Part shown: piece after piece, positions 9,865 through 20,345 of the stretch | Layout: the number at the start of each line of letters is the position of its first letter | Position numbering within the stretch: the first letter of the stretch is position 1 | Source of the DNA: Candidatus Delongbacteria bacterium | GTDB lineage: Bacteria > CAIWAD01 | Assembly: GCA_963663545.1 (NCBI GenBank) | Contig: OY760505.1 | Span: forward strand, 2,656,001 to 2,720,000 | Direction of reading: 5' to 3' | Length of the DNA stretch: 64,000 bases | Notes under the pieces: generated by a model | Seen by the model: only the letters and a program-made list of their open reading frames with translations | Told to the model about the DNA's origin: nothing | The model's database searches: none | Translations under genes and position numbers: made by a program

Positions 9865-11238
9865 CTACTCCTGGTTTGTGCGGCCGATCAGCTCCTGAAT
9901 CTCACCGATCTGCGGAATGAGGACCTTGGTTTCGGGAAGAACCTCGCCCAGCGTAGTTGCCAATACCTCGGCGGAGTCCTTGCGCCCGTTCAGTAGTACG
10001 ATTTCTGCCGGTGCAATGCGTGCAAGCGTTTCGACCAGTTCGTGCCGGTTGCTATGGCTGTTGAACAGGAAACGTTCAACGCGGCAGTGGACGGGCGTCG
10101 GCTCTCCATCGAATTCGATGCATCCTCCACGGCTGGCGCGATACAGACTCTTTGCGGGACTTTGTTCGCTGGCGTGTCCGACAAAGAAAATGCCGGAGAG
10201 CGACTGTGATACAAAACGCTTTGCCAGCAGCCAGGAGTGGCTACCTTCGCGCATCATGCCGGAGGGCACTAGATAGATGGCTTGTCCGTGGCTGTCCAGA
10301 TGATTCACCATCTCGTTGTCGAAGACATCTACCAGGGTTTCTTCGAAAAGGAAATCGGGCAGCAGGCGGCGATCCTCCTGCGCGTGGAAGTCGTAGAGAC
10401 GCGCGATTTCCCAGGCGCTTCGACCGAGGAACACGGGCAAGGGCGGAATGCGCCCTTTGCGCTTCAGGTGATGTAACACGTAGAGGATCTCCTGGGCGCG
10501 TCCCATGTTGAACGCTGGCATCAAGATGGATCCGCCCAGAGTTGCTACTTCGGCAATGGCTTCTGCCATGCGCTCGATTTCGTCACGTCTGGTCATCGCG
10601 ATGTGTTTATCGGACCAGGCTATGGTGCTTTCGCTGATAACGATGTCGGCTTCCGAAGGGTAGACGGCTCCTTGTATCACGCTCTGTGGACGGGCGCAGG
10701 TGTGACCCGTGTAGAACACGCTTTGCTCATCGCATTCAAAGCGGAATCCCAATGATCCCATGATGTGGCCCGCATCCCATGCTGCCACTGGAACCTTTTG
10801 CGGATTGTATCCACCTTCCAGCAAAACGCGCTCGCCGCGGGAGATGAAGTTTACTCGCGCTTCGAGTTCCTGCACCTCGCTGACTTCAAAGGGGGGATAG
10901 TGTTCGCTATTGCCGGCATAGAAGGTGTCACTGGTCAGGGACGCGTGACGCATCAACTGCAGGCGAGCAAGATCCCATGTCGCATGACTGCAAAGAATAC
11001 CCGCTGTCGGCCAGCGGCGTGCAGCCACCGGCAGGGCGCCTACCTGGTCCATGTGAGCGTGACTCAGCAGAATCCAGTCGACGGGCCAGCCGTGTAGCTG
11101 ATCGAAATCCGGTAAGGCCTCATCACCGCAGCGCATGGGGTCGAGGCCGCAGTCCAGTAGAATGCCGGTGCCTTCGATGTTCAAATAGAGGCAGGTCGAG
11201 ATTCTTCCTTCGCCCGGTGCCAGCACGATCAATTCCAT
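9865..11238 (-). CDS. MBL-fold / beta-CASP ribonuclease-like protein with altered metal motifs
   Basis: LLDCG, SHAHMDQVGALP, AGHIMGS, ISEST, PAFNMGRAQE, PSGMM, FNSHS. Confidence 0.85.
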   Translation of the reverse strand: MELIVLAPGEGRISTCLYLNIEGTGILLDCGLDPMRCGDEALPDFDQLHGWPVDWILLSHAHMDQVGALPVAARRWPTAGILCSHATWDLARLQLMRHASLTSDTFYAGNSEHYPPFEVSEVQELEARVNFISRGERVLLEGGYNPQKVPVAAWDAGHIMGSLGFRFECDEQSVFYTGHTCARPQSVIQGAVYPSEADIVISESTIAWSDKHIAMTRRDEIERMAEAIAEVATLGGSILMPAFNMGRAQEILYVLHHLKRKGRIPPLPVFLGRSAWEIARLYDFHAQEDRRLLPDFLFEETLVDVFDNEMVNHLDSHGQAIYLVPSGMMREGSHSWLLAKRFVSQSLSGIFFVGHASEQSPAKSLYRASRGGCIEFDGEPTPVHCRVERFLFNSHSNRHELVETLARIAPAEIVLLNGRKDSAEVLATTLGEVLPETKVLIPQIGEIQELIGRTNQE

Positions 11239-11260
11239 AACAGTACACCTGTTTGTCGTG

Positions 11261-12172
11261 TTACTTGTGTTTGCGGAACAGGCCCTTGATGTAGTCCTGC
11301 ACCAGGTCCGGATTCTCTTTCAGCCTTCTCGTGCTGTATTGGAACCACGCTTCGCCAAAGGGAACGTAAACGCGAAGGCGGTGACCGCGAGCAACAATGG
11401 AGCGCCGCAGATCGGGTAGTACGCCCAATAGCATCTGGAACTCATACTTGTCGCGGCAAAGCTCTAGCTCTTCAATGATCCGGTAGGCGCCGTTGACCAG
11501 GTATTCGTCGTGCGTGGCGATGCCCACGAAGCAACCGCCTTCCAGCAGAATGCGCAACACCTTCAAGTAGTTGTCGCGCACTTCCTGGTATCCCTGATAC
11601 GCGAACTCAGGACTTTCTCGGTAGATGCCCTTGCACAGGCGGAGGTGATACTTGCCCGGAACAAACCGGCTGCGCGCATCACTTTCGAGTCGGCGTGTGT
11701 ACGCCTGTACTACAACGCCAACCTGCGTTGGGAATGCATCACGCAGCTTGTCGTGCAAATCCAGCGTTGATAAGTACCAGGGACTGTCTTCCATGTCGAT
11801 GCGCGCGAAGTTGCCGTATTGTTGAACCCGTTCGAGGATCATTGTGTAGTTGCGCTGGCAGGCGCGTGCATCCACAGCCAACCCCATCTGTGTGGGTTTG
11901 ACACTGATGTTGGCGTCGAGTTTTTCAGCCTTGATCCGATCCAGCACTTCGAGGTAGAGCTTTGCATATCCTGCGGCTGTCGCCGTGTCTTCGACTCCTT
12001 CACCCAACACATCGATTGTGACACAACAACCTTCGTTCATTAGCTCGCGTGTCACACGAACTGCATCGTCCAGACTATCGCCGGCGATGTAATGGCGAGA
12101 AAAATGCCCGACAAGACCTTGGGGCATGTAGGGCATAACAGCCGCTACTAGATGATTGAAGAAGCGAAGCAT
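11261..12172 (-). CDS. Monofunctional proline dehydrogenase
   Basis: YIAG, DVLGE, ISVKPTQMGL, RIDMED, RLCKGIY, IATHD, EFQMLLG, RVYVPFG, RRLKENP. Confidence 0.93.
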   Translation of the reverse strand: MLRFFNHLVAAVMPYMPQGLVGHFSRHYIAGDSLDDAVRVTRELMNEGCCVTIDVLGEGVEDTATAAGYAKLYLEVLDRIKAEKLDANISVKPTQMGLAVDARACQRNYTMILERVQQYGNFARIDMEDSPWYLSTLDLHDKLRDAFPTQVGVVVQAYTRRLESDARSRFVPGKYHLRLCKGIYRESPEFAYQGYQEVRDNYLKVLRILLEGGCFVGIATHDEYLVNGAYRIIEELELCRDKYEFQMLLGVLPDLRRSIVARGHRLRVYVPFGEAWFQYSTRRLKENPDLVQDYIKGLFRKHK

Positions 12173-12264
12173 TCTGCCTCCAGGAGACGGTGATCTCAGG
12201 ATCGTATGACGGTCACGGGGACCTCAGCCATATAATATAGCTGGCTGAAGCGTGCTGTGCTTCC

Positions 12265-12897
12265 TTAGTGAAGGAGTTGTGCGGTGACGACACTGGCTTC
12301 CACTTCCATCTCAGGCGGCAGGGGCGAGCAAGTAGAATAGCGGATTGCATCGCTAAGGTAGTCGTTCATACTCCGCATGTGTTCCTGCTGCCAATTGCTT
12401 GTAGCACATCCGTGCTTAGCCCATTCTGGGTGGGGAGTCAGGATTCGACTGTGGATATGACCCGTGTTAGCTCGGTAGCTGCTCCAACGGTATCTGGCCG
12501 GGTGACTAGTTATTCCTGCGCGCCAGGGATTGGCCTCGATGTAAAGTGGAACAGCACGAAAATGGTGGTCCTCACGTATCACGTCGGAGTAGTAGCGCGA
12601 GCGCCAGAAGGGGCCACGCCGCCCATAGCGCCGCTGGGCATAGTACGCATAACGGGCTTGTAGTTGCTGCATGAATCCAGGGAGCGCAAAATCCTGCTGG
12701 CTGCTCAGCATGAGGTGGTAATGGTTGCTCATGAGTACATATGCGTGGATCTGGACCTTGTACTTCTTAAGCAATGCCAGTAGTAGTTGCAGGAACCAAG
12801 TGCGATCGCTGTCATCCTGAAAGCAATCGCCCAGGTAGGCATGGGCTGTTACGTGGTGCGTTAGTCCTTCCTGCCATTGTCGCGGTTTTCTGGCCAT
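12265..12897 (-). mobile_element. REP-associated tyrosine transposase (RAYT-like, IS200/Y1 HUH family), 210 aa
   Basis: MARKPR start with RBS AGGAGG. HHVT, HUH motif AYVLMSNHYHL, FWRSRY, catalytic Tyr in LYIEANP, and YRWSSY. Confidence 0.88.
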
Positions 12898-12976
12898 GGG
12901 ATCCTCCTGGCCGGCAAACCAAATCTTGCAGATCATGTTTCTGCTTTTTCGCAGAGCGCGAGCCGTTTCCGTTGAG

Positions 12977-13053
12977 GTGTCAGGCGCGGTAGACGAAATC
13001 GGCATGGAGGTGCCAGACGGGGGTCAGACACTGATCTGGCACGTGTCAGACCC
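12977..13053. repeat. Array of imperfect 11-bp palindromes (GKGYCWGRCNC), candidate REP-like sites upstream of the RAYT gene
   Basis: GTGTCAGGCGC 12977, GTGCCAGACGG 13010, GGGTCAGACAC 13021, TGATCTGGCAC 13032, GTGTCAGACCC 13043. All offsets are multiples of 11. Confidence 0.6.
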
Positions 13054-14407
13054 TTGTTTGCTGATGCTCAGGCCCAGCTTCCGCGCCACGCCGCCCAAAC
13101 TCGCGATTCATCGTGCGCAGATAGACGTTGCCATTCAAGGCCTGATCAATTGTGTAGGCGCTGCCCGTAAGCACTACAAGCTCATCCTTGCGTCGTTGCT
13201 CAAGCGCCTCCTTTACGGCCAGCACTGGGTCACCTATCACTTGCACCTTGAGCTTGTCGTCTGCGGGAGTAAACTCCTTGCGCAGGTCTTCCGGATTCCG
13301 TCCCGCATAGCCTGCAGACGTGAAGGTTACAGATCGGCAGCGCGCCAGAAGCGGATCAATCAGCGGGTGCAAGGGGCGGTTGCGGCTCAAGCCGAAGACA
13401 AGTCGAAGGGGACGATTCGGCCAGCGTAGATCCAACTCGCTGGCAAATGCCAGCAGCTTGTCCTGATTGTGTGCTACATCCGCTACAAGGTGCTTGCCAG
13501 CCATCCAACAGCGCCCGGCCAAGGACTGGGATTCCGTCATGGCGACGATGGCGCGTTCCGAATCCATGGCCGGCGCCAGCATCGTTGCACCTGCGAGGGC
13601 CAGCGCAGCGTTCTTGAACCAATGCGCACCCGGCTTGAAGTCCCGCTCGATACTGGACATTGCCTGCATGTCGGTGACACGGTCCCGCAAGGCTTCTACT
13701 TCTGCCTTTCCCACCGTAGCGCATATTGCGCCTTCTGCTTCTGCGCTTTGTAACACATGTTCCGACGCATCGCCGGTTTCCGTTGTTAGAAAGGGTACTC
13801 CAGAACGCGCAATGCCGGTTTTTTCCAACGCCACCTGCCATGCCTGTTCGCCGAGGGTGCGCGGATGGTCTTTACCCACATTGGTCAGTAGACACAACGC
13901 TGGATCAATTGCCATCGAAGGCGCATAGCGTCCGCCAACACCAACCTCGACAGCCGCCCAGTGTACATCCTCTTCGGCGAACAAGTGCAGCGCGATCAGC
14001 AATCCCGCTTCGGCAAAACTCAACGCGAACTCCGGATTGGCTTCAGCCCGATCCAGGCTGTGTTCGCGAATTGTATCACGCCAGATGCGAGCGATGCGAT
14101 CATGTGATACCGATTGGCCACCAAGAGAGAAGCGCTCGGCGTAGTCAAACAGGTGTGGATTTACCCAGGCTCCAGTCTTGGCGCAAGTGCCCAGAGCAGC
14201 TTCCAGAAGTCTGCAGGTGCCACCTTTTCCGCTGGTTCCCGTTACGTGAATCAGTTGCGTCGGGTGTCCATTGGGCCAGAAATGCGCAATGCTATTTCGC
14301 AGCAACCGAATGCGCAGCAGTTTGCCAGCAGCCCATCCATAGTGATACAACTCATCCACAGCTGTCAGGTACAGGGGATCGAAACCCGGAAGCTTTGCGT
14401 GTGACAT
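13046..14407 (-). CDS. folC: Folylpolyglutamate synthase/dihydrofolate synthase-like (Mur ligase fold)
   Basis: IHVTGTSGKGGT P-loop, PHLFDYAERF, EVGVGGR, DH..TLG, EKTGI, DVAHN, VLTGS. The ATG at 14407 follows AAGGTGG. Confidence 0.8.
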   Translation of the reverse strand: MSHAKLPGFDPLYLTAVDELYHYGWAAGKLLRIRLLRNSIAHFWPNGHPTQLIHVTGTSGKGGTCRLLEAALGTCAKTGAWVNPHLFDYAERFSLGGQSVSHDRIARIWRDTIREHSLDRAEANPEFALSFAEAGLLIALHLFAEEDVHWAAVEVGVGGRYAPSMAIDPALCLLTNVGKDHPRTLGEQAWQVALEKTGIARSGVPFLTTETGDASEHVLQSAEAEGAICATVGKAEVEALRDRVTDMQAMSSIERDFKPGAHWFKNAALALAGATMLAPAMDSERAIVAMTESQSLAGRCWMAGKHLVADVAHNQDKLLAFASELDLRWPNRPLRLVFGLSRNRPLHPLIDPLLARCRSVTFTSAGYAGRNPEDLRKEFTPADDKLKVQVIGDPVLAVKEALEQRRKDELVVLTGSAYTIDQALNGNVYLRTMNREFGRRGAEAGPEHQQTRV

Positions 14408-14538
14408 CTGCAACCACCTTACAATTGACTGGCGGCCAAAATAGCATGACGGCTCCGATTGGCGCTTTCCTTAGGTGGTCCTTGCTCTGTCTCAAGTTCA
14501 CGGTTGCGGAATCAGCCGCGCAGTGGAATCTTGCTGAC

Positions 14539-15945
14539 ATGAAGAATTCTCTTGTTGTCATCGGGGCCAACGCAGCAGGCTTAGCGGCTGCGCTGCAGGC
14601 CCGGCGCCTGGCGCCTGAGTTGGAGATTACGGTTTTGGAGTCCACAGGCGACATCTCCTGGGGTGCCTGCGGAATTCCATTTGTCATTGGCGATCCCGAG
14701 GCTGGCCTTGAACGACTAGGTGTGAAGGGCGTTGAGGAATTCCGTCAGCGTGGGATTCAGATTGCGTTGTGGCACAAGGTCGAGGAGCTGGATCTGGACG
14801 CATCCGTGATACGTGGCGATGTTGCAGGTGGCAGCCGTCGGGAGTTTGAAATCCCCTTTGACAGCCTGATTGTAGCTACAGGAGCAGGAGCGCGCCTGCC
14901 AGTGATTCCCGGCCTACCAGCTGACAGAATGTATCCACTACGAGCATTGGATGATGTGCGACGTGCGGAGCGTGATCTTGCTGGCGCCAAACGTGTTACG
15001 GTACTGGGCGGCGGTGCGATTGGCCTGGAGATGGCTGATGCACTGCTACGCTTGGGCAAGCAGGTGCAACTGGTAGAGCTTGCAGAGTTACCGCTGGTCG
15101 GCTTTCCACGCGTGATACGCGAACGTGTCGCCGATCGACTGCGACAGCGCGGCGTTGAGTTGCATACGGGAACAGGCATCCGGGGTGCTGAGACATCCAG
15201 CGGTGGCTTACAATTGCATCTTGAGACAACAACGCTGGAGAGTGATCTGTTACTCGTATCGGCCGGAGTATCACCGCGAACGGAATTTGCACAGAAGGCC
15301 GGGTTGCGCTGTAGTACAAACGGTGCGCTGATCGTGGATCACACCATGAAGACCAGCCACAGCAAGGTTTGGGCTGCAGGAGACTGCGCCATCCGCCCTG
15401 GTCTTGATGGTCAATTGCGGTACAATCCTCAGGCACTTGAGGCCAGGCGCGGAGGACGTGTCGCGGGTGAGAATGCAGCACGTCCGCACAAGAATCCAAG
15501 TCTTCTGCCGCCTTCGCCGGGGACCCTGATTCTTGAGTGCTGTGGGTTGGAATTGGCCCGTTGCGGAATTCTTGGCGATGATGCTTTGCCTGCAATGCCT
15601 GTATCACGGGGAAGTGGTTTGCTGGGGCAAAAACTTGAAGAACCCGGTAGCCGTACTACAAACGGAGTGCGACGAGCATTTGTCAAGTCCGTCACACAAG
15701 CGGGTAGCATGGGCAGAAGCGGTGATCTGCTGGTGAGTCTGGAAGCGGATTCCAACATGAAACTGCGTGGAGGCGCTCTGCTGGCAGAGGGACGCGGAGC
15801 TTTGCGCATCAATGTCATTGCTGCCCTGCTGCAGATGGGGGCTTCGGCAGTGGATCTGGCGGCGCTGGATTTGGCCTATTCTCCGCCGTTCGGACCTGTG
15901 CGTGATCCACTGATTAGTGCCGCAATTCAACTGATGAAGGAATAG
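14539..15945 (+). CDS. CoA-disulfide reductase / NADH oxidase family flavoprotein (468 aa)
   Basis: VVIGANAAG, redox Cys in SWGACGIP, ATGA, VLGGGAIGLE, WAAGDC, and C-terminal DLAYSPPF. Confidence 0.88.
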   Translation: MKNSLVVIGANAAGLAAALQARRLAPELEITVLESTGDISWGACGIPFVIGDPEAGLERLGVKGVEEFRQRGIQIALWHKVEELDLDASVIRGDVAGGSRREFEIPFDSLIVATGAGARLPVIPGLPADRMYPLRALDDVRRAERDLAGAKRVTVLGGGAIGLEMADALLRLGKQVQLVELAELPLVGFPRVIRERVADRLRQRGVELHTGTGIRGAETSSGGLQLHLETTTLESDLLLVSAGVSPRTEFAQKAGLRCSTNGALIVDHTMKTSHSKVWAAGDCAIRPGLDGQLRYNPQALEARRGGRVAGENAARPHKNPSLLPPSPGTLILECCGLELARCGILGDDALPAMPVSRGSGLLGQKLEEPGSRTTNGVRRAFVKSVTQAGSMGRSGDLLVSLEADSNMKLRGGALLAEGRGALRINVIAALLQMGASAVDLAALDLAYSPPFGPVRDPLISAAIQLMKE

Positions 15946-15948
15946 CAG

Positions 15949-17571
15949 ATGTTTATCGACGACGTCCGCCACCTGGTGGAGAAGTACAACGACGCGATGC
16001 AGCACACCTATCTGGCAGAAACCACCGCCTACTGGGAGTCGGCCACTACGGGAAGTGCTGAGGCAGAAGAGCGACTGGTTCAAGCCAGCCTGGCAATGAA
16101 AGTCTTGCACAGCGATCCTGAGATGTTCAAACAGATTCAGGAAGCCATGTTGACCGATGTGGACGAGCCTGAAGTCAGTCGACAGCTACTATTGATGTAT
16201 CTGGCCTTCGCTGGCAATCAGGGTTCGCGCGAGCAATTGGAGCGCATTAGCACGCTTGAGGCGCGCCTGGAAGGGATCTTCAACAACTTTCGAGGACGTA
16301 TCGGCAACAGGGGTTGCACGGAGAACGAGCTACGGGACATCCTGCGTGATTCCAGACTGAGCGAAGAGCGCAAGCTGGCTTGGGAAGCAAGCAAGCAGAT
16401 TGGTGCGCAGGTGGCAGGGCCATTAATGGAGCTGGTTCGCGAGCGCAATCGGCTGGCAGCAGAGCTTGGCTTTGACAACTTCTACGCTATGCGCCTTGTG
16501 TTACAGGAACAGGACGCTGACGCCCTGGACCGCCTGATGCAACAGTTGGCGGAGTTAACCAACGCTCCTTTCACAAGTGAACTCGCTCTGATTCGTCAGG
16601 AGTGTGTCACGCGCTTTGGAATCACCGATCAGGCTTTCGCTGCCTGGCATCTTGCAGATCCTTTCTTCCAGGAAGCACCACAACCGGCTGGACTGGATCT
16701 CGACCAGCATTTCAAGAACCGCGATCTACAGACCATGTGCGCAGACTTCTTCGACACGCTGGGACTGGATGTAGCACCAATTCTGGCGGCTAGCGATTTG
16801 TACCCGCGTGATGGAAAGTGCCAACATGCCTTTTGCATTCACATGGATCTGGATGGCGATGTACGCGTGCTCTGCAATCTTGCCGGGGATGAGTACTGGA
16901 CCAGCACGCTGCTCCACGAATTGGGACACGCGACATACGACAAATACACAGACATGAGCCAGCCCTATTTGCTGCGAGGCCCTGCGCATATTTTCGTGAC
17001 GGAGGCCGTGGCGATGCTCATGGGGCGTCTCACGCACAACCCCGAGTGGCTGATCGGGTATGCAGGTGCGCAAGAGTCTGTCGTGCATGAGCAGCAGGAT
17101 CTGGTAACGGCTGTCTTACGGCGCAAAATGGTGCTTTTTGCTCGTTGGGTGCTAGTGATGTATCACTTCGAAAAGGGGCTGTACGAGAACCCGGAGCAGA
17201 ATCTCGGCGAGTTCTGGTGGTCGCTTGTGACACAGTATCAGGGGATTCAGCCACCGGAAGGCCGTGATACGTCGACGGATTGGGCCTGCAAGATTCATCT
17301 GGCTACGGCCCCCGTGTATTACCACAACTACCTGTTGGGCGAGCTGATGGCCAGTCAGATGCATGCTGCGTTGCAGGAGCAGGTAGGACCGCGCGCCCTT
17401 TTGGAGGGGCCACGAGCTGGAGGTTGGCTGGCCGACGAGATTTTCCAGCCAGCCAATACGATGTGTTGGGATGAACTGGTGGAGCAAGCCACGGGGCGCC
17501 CCTTGTCGCCAGCCGATTTCGTGCGTCAGTTTCTAAGCAGCGAGGCGCCGGGGGAAGAGCTGACGGAGTAA
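15949..17571 (+). CDS. Gluzincin metallopeptidase (M2/M3-like)
   Basis: HELGH zinc motif, downstream TEAVA, DLYPRDGKCQHAFC, KIHLATAPVYYHNY. Confidence 0.85.
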   Translation: MFIDDVRHLVEKYNDAMQHTYLAETTAYWESATTGSAEAEERLVQASLAMKVLHSDPEMFKQIQEAMLTDVDEPEVSRQLLLMYLAFAGNQGSREQLERISTLEARLEGIFNNFRGRIGNRGCTENELRDILRDSRLSEERKLAWEASKQIGAQVAGPLMELVRERNRLAAELGFDNFYAMRLVLQEQDADALDRLMQQLAELTNAPFTSELALIRQECVTRFGITDQAFAAWHLADPFFQEAPQPAGLDLDQHFKNRDLQTMCADFFDTLGLDVAPILAASDLYPRDGKCQHAFCIHMDLDGDVRVLCNLAGDEYWTSTLLHELGHATYDKYTDMSQPYLLRGPAHIFVTEAVAMLMGRLTHNPEWLIGYAGAQESVVHEQQDLVTAVLRRKMVLFARWVLVMYHFEKGLYENPEQNLGEFWWSLVTQYQGIQPPEGRDTSTDWACKIHLATAPVYYHNYLLGELMASQMHAALQEQVGPRALLEGPRAGGWLADEIFQPANTMCWDELVEQATGRPLSPADFVRQFLSSEAPGEELTE

Positions 17572-17640
17572 TCGAACTGGCCCAAGACTTGCCATCAACG
17601 GGGGTATCGCTGCGTTTTAGCGCAGAAGATGCCCCCGTCC

Positions 17641-17676
17641 TGTCAAGGTGACGGGACAGGCCTGACAGGTTGTCAG
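17641..17676. promoter_or_regulatory. Candidate operator upstream of clpB: two TGWCA-N3-TGWCR dyads
   Basis: TGTCAaggTGACG (17641-17653) and CTGACAggtTGTCAG (17662-17676), 22 bp apart and just 5' of the clpB RBS. Confidence 0.45.
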
Positions 17677-17699
17677 CCGTATAGTGTCCGGAGGAAGAA

Positions 17700-20345
17700 A
17701 TGCTCTCGCTCGATCGTCTCACACGCCGTATGCAGGATGCCCTGCAGCAGTCGGTTTTCCTGGCCACGGGTCGAGGTCACCAGCAGGTAGAGGCCGAGCA
17801 TCTGTTGTTTACGCTGCTCGATGATCCAGCCAGTGTGCTGGCCACACTGTTGAAGAAACTGGGTGCAGATAGCACGGAAGTCCGCAAAGGACTGGACAGC
17901 CTTCTCGCACGCTTGCCGCAGGTGGAGGGTGCGGGGCAGACCTATTTTTCCCGCAACATGAACAAGTGCCTAGGCCAGGCGAAAACCATTGCAGATCGAT
18001 TTGGCGACGAATTCGTGGCGGCGGAACACGTCCTACTGGCCTTGCTCGAGGAAGTCAAGGCAACGACAAAACCCACTGCTGAAAAAGCGCGCAGTGGAGC
18101 TGAGCTTCTTGTAGCACACGGACTAAGTGCTGCTGTGCTGATGGAGCTGCTCAAGGAGATTCGCGGCAATCAGCGTATCACCGACCAGAATCCGGAGGAC
18201 AAATACCGCGCACTCGATCGGTATGCGCGGGATCTGGTGGAGATGGCGGAGCAGGGCAAGCTTGATCCCATCATCGGTCGCGATGAAGAGATTCGCCGTG
18301 TGTTACAAGTTCTTTCCCGCAGAACGAAGAACAATCCGGTTCTGATAGGTGAGCCGGGCGTTGGCAAGACGGCGATTGTTGAAGGCATCGCGTTGCGCAT
18401 CAAGGATGGCGACGTTCCCGACAGCATGCGTGAGAAGCGCATCGTCGCTCTGGATATGGGAGCTTTGATCGCTGGAGCCAAGTATCGGGGCGAGTTTGAA
18501 GACCGTTTGAAGGCTGTGCTGAAAGAGGTTGAAAAGGCTGCCGGTGGCATTATTCTCTTCATTGATGAGCTACACACTGTGGTCGGCGCAGGCAATGCGG
18601 AGGGCAGCGTTGATGCGGCCAATTTGCTGAAGCCCATGCTGGCACGTGGAGAATTGCGTTGCGTTGGTGCCACAACAACCGCTGAGTATCACAAGTACAT
18701 CGAGCGTGATCCGGCGCTGGAACGACGCTTTCAGCCGGTAATGGTCAGTGAACCGGATGTGGAGAGCACCATCAGCATTCTGCGCGGATTGAAAGAACGC
18801 TATGAGTTGCATCACGGCATTCGCATCAAGGATAGCGCGCTGGTAGCCGCTGCCGAACTGTCGGCGCGCTACATCGGCGACCGTTTTCTACCCGATAAGG
18901 CCATTGATCTCGTGGATGAGGCAGCCAGCAAATTGCGCATCGAGATCGACAGCATGCCCGAAGCTCTGGACGAGTACGAGCGGCGCATACGTCAGCTCGA
19001 AGTTGAAGTGCGTGCTCTTCGATTGGAGGATGACGAGAACAGTCGCGAGCGTCTTCACGAAGCAGAACAGGATCTCGAACGGCAGAAAGAGGCGAGTCGA
19101 GGACTGCATGAACAATGGCGTCGAGAGAAGGAGCTGATCCTTGAGCTTCGTGATACAAAGGAGCGTCTGGAGCACAAAAAGGCCGAATTGGAAGAAGCCG
19201 AGCGCCAGAGCGATTATGATCGCGCAGCGCGCATCAAACACGGAGAATTGACACAGTTGAATACGGAGCTTCACCGGCGCGAACAGGAGCTTCGTGAGGC
19301 ACGCGCCGAGCACGGATTACTCAAAGAGGAAGTTGATGCCGAGGATATTGCCGAAATCGTATCACGGTGGACGCAGGTTCCTGTAACACGACTGGTCGAG
19401 TCCGAGCGCGAGAAACTGCGTGATCTGGAGCAGCGTCTGCGCACACGAGTCGTGGGTCAGGATCACGCTCTGGAAGCTGTCGCAGCAGCCATCCGTCGTA
19501 GTCGCAGCGGTCTTGCCGAACCCGGACACCCGCTTGGCAGCTTCATCTTCATCGGGTCAACAGGCGTAGGTAAGACGGAGCTTGCCAAAGCCCTGGCGGA
19601 AACGCTGTTTGATGATGCGCGCGCACTCCTTCGTCTTGACATGAGCGAATACATGGAGAAACACTCTGTATCACGGCTCATTGGTGCGCCTCCCGGGTAC
19701 ATCGGGCACGAAGAGGGCGGACAACTTACGGACGCCTTGCGCAACCAACCCTACGCTGTTGTACTGCTTGACGAGATCGAAAAGGCCCATCCGGATGTTC
19801 TCAACCTGCTGTTGCAAGTGCTTGATGACGGGCGGTTGACCGATAGCAAGGGGCGAACGGTTGATGCCTCACACGCGGTCTTCATCATGACCAGCAATCT
19901 GGGCAGCGAGAGAATCGCCGCCCGTTTCCGCGGCAGCGAGGATCATGTCGATGACTTGCTGGCTCTAGAAATGGAACAGGAGGTTCTGGAGCTGCTGCGT
20001 GATACACTGCGACCTGAGTTTCTGAACCGGGTCGATGAGATCCTTGTGTTCCGTCCTTTGGGACGCGAAAACCTGCGCAGCATTGTGCGCATTCAGCTTG
20101 ATCGTGCGCGGGCCCTTCTGGCCAGGCAGAAGCTCGAGCTGGAAGTGGACGCGGAAGCCCTGGATGCACTCGTGCGGCTGGGATACGATCCCGCCTGGGG
20201 TGCGCGTCCCTTGAAACGTCTGATTCGACACGAAGTGATCGACCAGGTCGCGACAGGGGTGATGGAGGGGCGTATTCTGCCTGGAGATCGTCTGCGACTC
20301 AAGGCAGATCAAGGTGATCATCTACAGCTGCTTGTTGTTGAGTGA
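17700..20345 (+). CDS. clpB: ATP-dependent chaperone ClpB
   Basis: Clp N-domain, NBD1 ([14 protein letters not shown]), long coiled-coil middle domain, NBD2 ([22 protein letters not shown]). Confidence 0.97.
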   Translation: MLSLDRLTRRMQDALQQSVFLATGRGHQQVEAEHLLFTLLDDPASVLATLLKKLGADSTEVRKGLDSLLARLPQVEGAGQTYFSRNMNKCLGQAKTIADRFGDEFVAAEHVLLALLEEVKATTKPTAEKARSGAELLVAHGLSAAVLMELLKEIRGNQRITDQNPEDKYRALDRYARDLVEMAEQGKLDPIIGRDEEIRRVLQVLSRRTKNNPVLIGEPGVGKTAIVEGIALRIKDGDVPDSMREKRIVALDMGALIAGAKYRGEFEDRLKAVLKEVEKAAGGIILFIDELHTVVGAGNAEGSVDAANLLKPMLARGELRCVGATTTAEYHKYIERDPALERRFQPVMVSEPDVESTISILRGLKERYELHHGIRIKDSALVAAAELSARYIGDRFLPDKAIDLVDEAASKLRIEIDSMPEALDEYERRIRQLEVEVRALRLEDDENSRERLHEAEQDLERQKEASRGLHEQWRREKELILELRDTKERLEHKKAELEEAERQSDYDRAARIKHGELTQLNTELHRREQELREARAEHGLLKEEVDAEDIAEIVSRWTQVPVTRLVESEREKLRDLEQRLRTRVVGQDHALEAVAAAIRRSRSGLAEPGHPLGSFIFIGSTGVGKTELAKALAETLFDDARALLRLDMSEYMEKHSVSRLIGAPPGYIGHEEGGQLTDALRNQPYAVVLLDEIEKAHPDVLNLLLQVLDDGRLTDSKGRTVDASHAVFIMTSNLGSERIAARFRGSEDHVDDLLALEMEQEVLELLRDTLRPEFLNRVDEILVFRPLGRENLRSIVRIQLDRARALLARQKLELEVDAEALDALVRLGYDPAWGARPLKRLIRHEVIDQVATGVMEGRILPGDRLRLKADQGDHLQLLVVE

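Noticed and set aside
12224..12248. TCAGCCA-N11-TGGCTGA hairpin downstream of the RAYT gene as a REP
   Set aside because: Single copy, unrelated to the upstream array. It could be a weak terminator or promoter element, so it was not called.
12898..13005. Longer N-terminus for the transposase
   Set aside because: The MARKPR start has a strong RBS, and the extension runs through non-coding repeat DNA.
12977..13053. RAYT array as the source of the window-wide GTGAYAC motif
   Set aside because: The resemblance is superficial. The heptamers sit in-frame in conserved genes without obvious insertions, which argues for substitution rather than transposition.
13726..14538. N-terminal ~270 aa of the 739-aa ORF
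   Set aside because: It is mostly an antisense overlap of folC. The flavoprotein fold begins at the ATG at 14539.
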